In this document: positions 37,115 through 41,263 of the stretch, in pieces
How the letters are laid out: each line of letters opens with the position of its first letter
How positions within the stretch are numbered: the stretch's first letter is position 1
Assembly (NCBI GenBank): GCA_031412175.1
Contig: JANOCM010000134.1
Location: 1 to 41,263, forward strand
From: Alphaproteobacteria bacterium
Lineage (GTDB): Bacteria > Pseudomonadota > Alphaproteobacteria > Sphingomonadales > Sphingomonadaceae
Direction of reading: 5' to 3'
DNA: 41,263 nt
The notes under the pieces: model-generated
The model's database searches: none
What the model was told of the DNA's origin: nothing
Seen by the model: the letters and a program-made list of their open reading frames with translations, nothing else
Position numbers and translations under genes: made by a program

Positions 37115-38203
37115 GGTTGGTCTCCTGATCTCAGCAGGACGTGCCTTCCACGTCGCTAGCAAAGAAAAGATATGCCGGCCGGCAGGGCCGGTGCTGATCT
37201 CTCGTGAACAGCCGCGCAGCACGCAATGTGACGGTCGAGCGCGATCGACTCACTCGCGAACGAGACGCAACCGATAGCATGTGTTGGCGCTTTGCTCCAT
37301 CGTCCGCGAGCTCAACTCGGCTCAATATATTTCACATTCTGCTCGCATCCATCACGGCTTTGCCGAATGGCTCGCTCACCTCTTGGGGCAGATTAGAGCT
37401 GATGCCGCCGGCGATAAGAATGGTGTCTCTGCGTTACCCCCAATCAAAGTGCGCGACGTGTTGGAGTGTCGGGAATCAACAGTTTTCCGACAGGGCAATC
37501 GGCAGCCCTCTTCAACCGCTGGGTGCGGCAGCCGCAATCGCCTCGCAGCAACGAAGGACAAGCGAATCGATGAGACGATCCACAGAAACGGCGGCACAGC
37601 GGGTCAGCGTCTATGGTAGAATATTTTGCTCGACCCGTAGCCTGCGGTGCAAAAGCGGATGTCGGACGATGGCGATGAAGGCCGGCTGCTGCGGGTCAAC
37701 ACGCGCTTCGCAGCCGTCATCGAGCCTTTAGATGAACGCGGACGCCGAACGCTTTGGCAGCAGGCGAAGGTGGAGTTGGCAGCCGCAATGGTCGCAACGC
37801 CCAGGAAACCCCCTAGAGCGTCAAATCAAATTGTAGCGCCTTTCCCCGCAGGCGGTGCCACTCGACGGCATTTCGTGGCTGGGGAATCGACCGCTTGGTT
37901 CGATGTTGTCACGCCCGTCGCACGGCGACGCATTTGATAGCCCTCGAGAAAGCAGATCGAAGAACCGGTCCGAATCATTGGTCGTGTCAGTTAATCAACA
38001 CAGCATTCATGGGTGACTTCCTCGAGACCTGCTTCGGCTGCTATCGTCTGGAAGTCGCACCGGACTGCTCAAGATTAGGCTCGCATAGCAACATCTTGCA
38101 GTTTGCCATCATGCCGACGTAACCAGATATGGTTCCAGATTCTGCCCATTACTGATGGCAAACGACAACGAGAGCAGTTTGTCGTGTGCCCACGACACAG
38201 CGC

Positions 38204-38277
38204 TGGAGGCCCGACCGGGAATCGAACCCGGGTTCACGGATTTGCAGTCCGTTACGTCACCACTCCGCCATCGGGCC
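38204..38277 (-). tRNA. tRNA-Cys(GCA)
   Basis: Reverse complement GGCCCGATGGCGGAGTGGTGACGTAACGGACTGCAAATCCGTGAACCCGGGTTCGATTCCCGGTCGGGCCTCCA: 74 nt, GCA anticodon, TTCGA T-loop, CCA end. Confidence 0.97.
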
Positions 38278-38427
38278 GCGCAAAAGCGCTTGGGGACGCC
38301 TCCCCTAGCGAAGGTGCTTGGCGAGGGCAACCTTCATGGCTAGACGGGGACAACGATTATCAATTCGATTGCGACTCAGCTGTATTATAGATACAGAACA
38401 CTTCACAGCGCGAGAACCCCCTTGTCC

Positions 38428-39087
38428 ATGCTTGCCAGCCTTCATGATGCCGAGATGACCAGTGCCCAGCGCCGCCAGACGATGATCGACAGCCAGCTGC
38501 GCACCGTCGGTGTCATCGATGCCGATGTGCTGGCGGCGATGACGGCGATCGCGCGCGAAGATTTCTTGCCGCCGGCGCTGAAGGGTCTCGCCTACGCCGA
38601 TGCCGCGCTCGAGGTCGCACCGTGCCGCTGGCTGCTCGAGCCGATGGTGCTGGCGCTGTTGCTGCAGAACGCCCGCGTCACCGCTTCCGATAGGGTGCTG
38701 ATCGTCGGCGCCGCTGCCGGCTATTCGGCGGCGGTGGTGCGCCATATCGGGGCAACCGTGACGGCGATCGAAAACGACCCGGCGCTGCTGGCGCTGGCGG
38801 CCACTGCCCGTGCCGATATCATCGAAGCACCGCTGGCCGGCGGCTATCCGCCGAATGCGCGCTATGACGTCGTGCTGTTCGAAGGCGCCATCGAAATGGT
38901 GCCCGATGCCATCGCCGCGCAGATCGAGCCGCATGGCCGCGTGGCTGCGGTGGTGCGCGATGGCGGTATCGGCCGCGCATCGGCGGGCCCCTTGATCGCT
39001 GGCAACAGGATCGGCGGCTTGCCGTTTCTCGAAGTCGCCGCCAAACCGCTGCCCGGCTTCCTGCGCCCGCCTGCCTTTGCCTTTTGA
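38428..39087 (+). CDS. pcm: Protein-L-isoaspartate O-methyltransferase family
   Basis: MIDSQLR, AREDF, AYAD, VLIVGAAAGYSAA SAM motif. Conserved position before tolC. Start is uncertain. Confidence 0.88.
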   Translation: MLASLHDAEMTSAQRRQTMIDSQLRTVGVIDADVLAAMTAIAREDFLPPALKGLAYADAALEVAPCRWLLEPMVLALLLQNARVTASDRVLIVGAAAGYSAAVVRHIGATVTAIENDPALLALAATARADIIEAPLAGGYPPNARYDVVLFEGAIEMVPDAIAAQIEPHGRVAAVVRDGGIGRASAGPLIAGNRIGGLPFLEVAAKPLPGFLRPPAFAF

Positions 39088-39106
39088 CGCGAAAGTGCCC
39101 GATCTG

Positions 39107-40537
39107 ATGTCGTTCCGCTCCTTGCTGCTTGCTGCCGCTACCGCTGTTGCCATTGCTGCCGTCCCCGCACAGGCCGCCGACACGCTCGCCGAGGCCATTG
39201 CCGCCGCCTATGACCGCAACCCCGAACTGGCGGCGCAGCGCGATGTCGTGAAGCAGGTCGATGAAAGCGTGCCGCAGGCGCTGGCCCCCGGTCGCCCGAC
39301 GCTCGGCACGCGGCTTTCCGCCAGCCAAGCCGGCAATGAGTTCGCAGACAACGGCCGGACCTATGTTGCCGGCTTGCAGCTGTCGCAGTCGCTTTACCAG
39401 GGCGGCCGGGTCCGAACCGCGGTATCCGCAGGCGAGAACCGCATCCTGGCCGCGCGTGCCCGGCTCCGCGCTGCCGAAAATCAGGTCGTGCTCAACACCG
39501 TCACTGCCTACGCCGACGTGCTGCGCTTCCAGCGGGTCATCGAGCTCAACATCAGCCAGGTGAAGGTGCTGGAACGCGAGCTCCAGCAATCGAAAGACCG
39601 GTTCGAAGTCGGCGACCTGACACGCACCGATGTCGCGCAGTCGCAGGCGCGGTTGGCCAATGCCCAATCGAACCTTGTCGTCGCCCAGAACCAGCTTGCC
39701 GCCGCCCGCCAGGCGTATCTGCGCGTCGTTGGCCGTCTACCGGAAGATCTGGCGCCGCTGCCGCCACTGCCGATCCTGCCCGGCACCGCCGGCCAGGCCG
39801 TCGACATCGCGCGGGAAAACAACCCGTCGCTGATCGCTGCGCGCTTTGACGAAGCGGCGGCGCGCTATGACGTGAAGACGCTGCAGAAACAACGGTTGCC
39901 GTCGCTCGATGCCTCGCTCGGTGCCAATTATCAGCGCTTCGAAGGCGGCGTCAGCGCCGGCAATTTCCGGCCGAGCGGCGCCTTCTTCACCCAGGATGCA
40001 ACGATTTCGGCGACGATCCCGCTGTACCAGGCCGGGTTGGTCGGATCGCAAGTGCGGCAGGCGCAGGCGCGGCAGAGCCAGTTGCTCGAAACCATCACCG
40101 CGACCAGCCGATCGACCGAGGAAAGCGTCACCAACAGCTTCAACCAGTTGCGCGCCGCCCGCGCCGTAATCGAGGCATCGCAGGTTGCCGTCGATGCCAA
40201 CACGCTCGCCGCCGAAGGCGTAAAACAGGAGAACCAGGTCGGCACGCGCACGATCATCGAGCTGCTCAATGCCGAGCAGGAAAAGCTGACCGCGCAGGTC
40301 AATCTGGTGACCGCGCGCCGCGAGGAACAGGTCGCCGCCTATTCGCTGCTCGCCAGCGTGGGCGCCGCCGAAGCCATCGCGCTGGGCATCCCGGTCACCG
40401 AATATGACGCGGTCAGCAACGCCCGGATCGTCCGTCATCGGCTGCTCGACGACACGCCGGGCGGCCCGCCGGCACGGCCGCTGCCACCGGCGGAACGCGC
40501 CAGCCGCTCTCTGGTAATCGGGCCGCAACAGCCTTAG
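39107..40537 (+). CDS. TolC family outer membrane channel
   Basis: Signal peptide, TLAEAI..AY..NP, RFEVGDLTRTDVAQ, VGTRTIIELLNAEQE. Confidence 0.93.
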   Translation: MSFRSLLLAAATAVAIAAVPAQAADTLAEAIAAAYDRNPELAAQRDVVKQVDESVPQALAPGRPTLGTRLSASQAGNEFADNGRTYVAGLQLSQSLYQGGRVRTAVSAGENRILAARARLRAAENQVVLNTVTAYADVLRFQRVIELNISQVKVLERELQQSKDRFEVGDLTRTDVAQSQARLANAQSNLVVAQNQLAAARQAYLRVVGRLPEDLAPLPPLPILPGTAGQAVDIARENNPSLIAARFDEAAARYDVKTLQKQRLPSLDASLGANYQRFEGGVSAGNFRPSGAFFTQDATISATIPLYQAGLVGSQVRQAQARQSQLLETITATSRSTEESVTNSFNQLRAARAVIEASQVAVDANTLAAEGVKQENQVGTRTIIELLNAEQEKLTAQVNLVTARREEQVAAYSLLASVGAAEAIALGIPVTEYDAVSNARIVRHRLLDDTPGGPPARPLPPAERASRSLVIGPQQP

Positions 40538-40547
40538 TGTGGCCGCC

Positions 40548-40835
40548 ATGAGCGAACTTCCCCCGAACATCGACGCCATCCTGTCCTCGATCCGGTCGCG
40601 CATGAACGAGGAAGTGGCGCCGCCTGCCGAAGCGCCCGCGACGCCGGCGCCCGCAGCACCGCGCGTTGATCCCGGCGATGTCGGCGCCATTGCGATCGGC
40701 GAGACGATGACGCTGGAAGGGCTGATGCGCGCCATGCTCGAGCCGATGCTCAAGGATTGGCTCGACGCCCATATGCCCGAAATCGTCGAGCGCATGGCGC
40801 AGGCCGAAATCAAGCGCCTGACCGGCAAGGACTGA
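40548..40835 (+). CDS. popZ: Polar organizing protein PopZ (DUF2497), very short
   Basis: N-terminal helix IDAILSSIRSRM, C-terminal TLEGLMRAMLEPMLKDWLDAHMPEIVERMAQAEIKRL, pcm-tolC-popZ synteny. Confidence 0.85.
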   Translation: MSELPPNIDAILSSIRSRMNEEVAPPAEAPATPAPAAPRVDPGDVGAIAIGETMTLEGLMRAMLEPMLKDWLDAHMPEIVERMAQAEIKRLTGKD

Positions 40836-40855
40836 GATTCGGGTATCGAGCCGCA

Positions 40856-41263
40856 CTACTGGTGCGGAAACACCGGCTCGCCGGTGCGATCGGGCAGGAT
40901 GGTCGCCAGGTCGGTAATGCATTCCGGCGTGCCGGGCCCCGGCGCCCGGGCAACGATCGCATCGACATCGACGAGCAATCCCGCCCAGGCCGCCGCCATT
41001 TCCGGCGTCCAGTCGGGCCCGGCCGCCGTCGCCACGCTGTCGGCAACAGCGGCAAAGAAGGTCGTGAACACCGATCGCGGAATGCCATAGGCGTCGTGGG
41101 TGATGATCTCGCATTCGATCATCGCGCCGGCATAGGCGCGTGGCCCGGCAAGATCGAGGATGGTTTCGAACACGCGTGACAGCATTTCGCCGCGGATGGC
41201 GCCGCTGCGATCGCGCCAGAATTCGGCGCGCATGTCGGGCTGGCGGGCGAACAGCCGGTCATA
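40856..41263 (-). CDS. Globin-domain protein, 5' end outside window
   Basis: YDRLFARQPDMRAEF (B/C/CD region), proximal His in THDAYGI, WTPEMAAAW. Confidence 0.8.
   Translation of the reverse strand, partial: YDRLFARQPDMRAEFWRDRSGAIRGEMLSRVFETILDLAGPRAYAGAMIECEIITHDAYGIPRSVFTTFFAAVADSVATAAGPDWTPEMAAAWAGLLVDVDAIVARAPGPGTPECITDLATILPDRTGEPVFPHQ

Noticed and set aside
37280-37790. Possible decayed regulator gene on the minus strand (VDRLIDSLVLRCCEAIAAAAPSG*RGLP)
   Set aside because: Multiple stops and no recognisable HTH. Too weak to call without BLASTX.

Overview
GC-rich alphaproteobacterial DNA; gene content suggests Sphingomonadales (inference). The right end is core chromosome: tRNA-Cys (minus strand), then pcm-tolC-popZ and a partial globin gene. 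Everything left of the tRNA 3' end looks like a mosaic accessory region made of unrelated modules: (1) the end of a Cu P-type ATPase; (2) a 15 kb LacI-controlled beta-glucan locus (TonB receptor, two tryptophan-halogenase-family genes, SapC, JmjC/cupin, GH16, GH3, two MFS transporters); (3) a lone DUF3617-like gene; (4) a TTC38-like TPR gene and a 45-aa ORF divergent from a SARP/cyclase/STAND/TPR regulator; (5) a MATE transporter and membrane hydrolase pair; (6) a beta-helix RTX protein; (7) a LysR/SDR/tautomerase/Ohr/cupin/epoxide hydrolase cluster. The most striking unexplained signal is a fixed-geometry 60-bp intergenic motif, CC-N7-GWCRTTCA-N17-CCCGAAASCG-NN-C-RYYYR-TTCA. It has 4 clear and 2 degenerate copies, found only at module junctions. 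Two copies extend into an ungapped 180-bp alignment built from inverted boxes, and two flank a decayed tyrosine recombinase fragment (HMSTRQHA / YGTHSLRRTK). This suggests, without proving, a recombinase-driven gene-cassette assembly system. All alignments were done by eye and no database searches were run.
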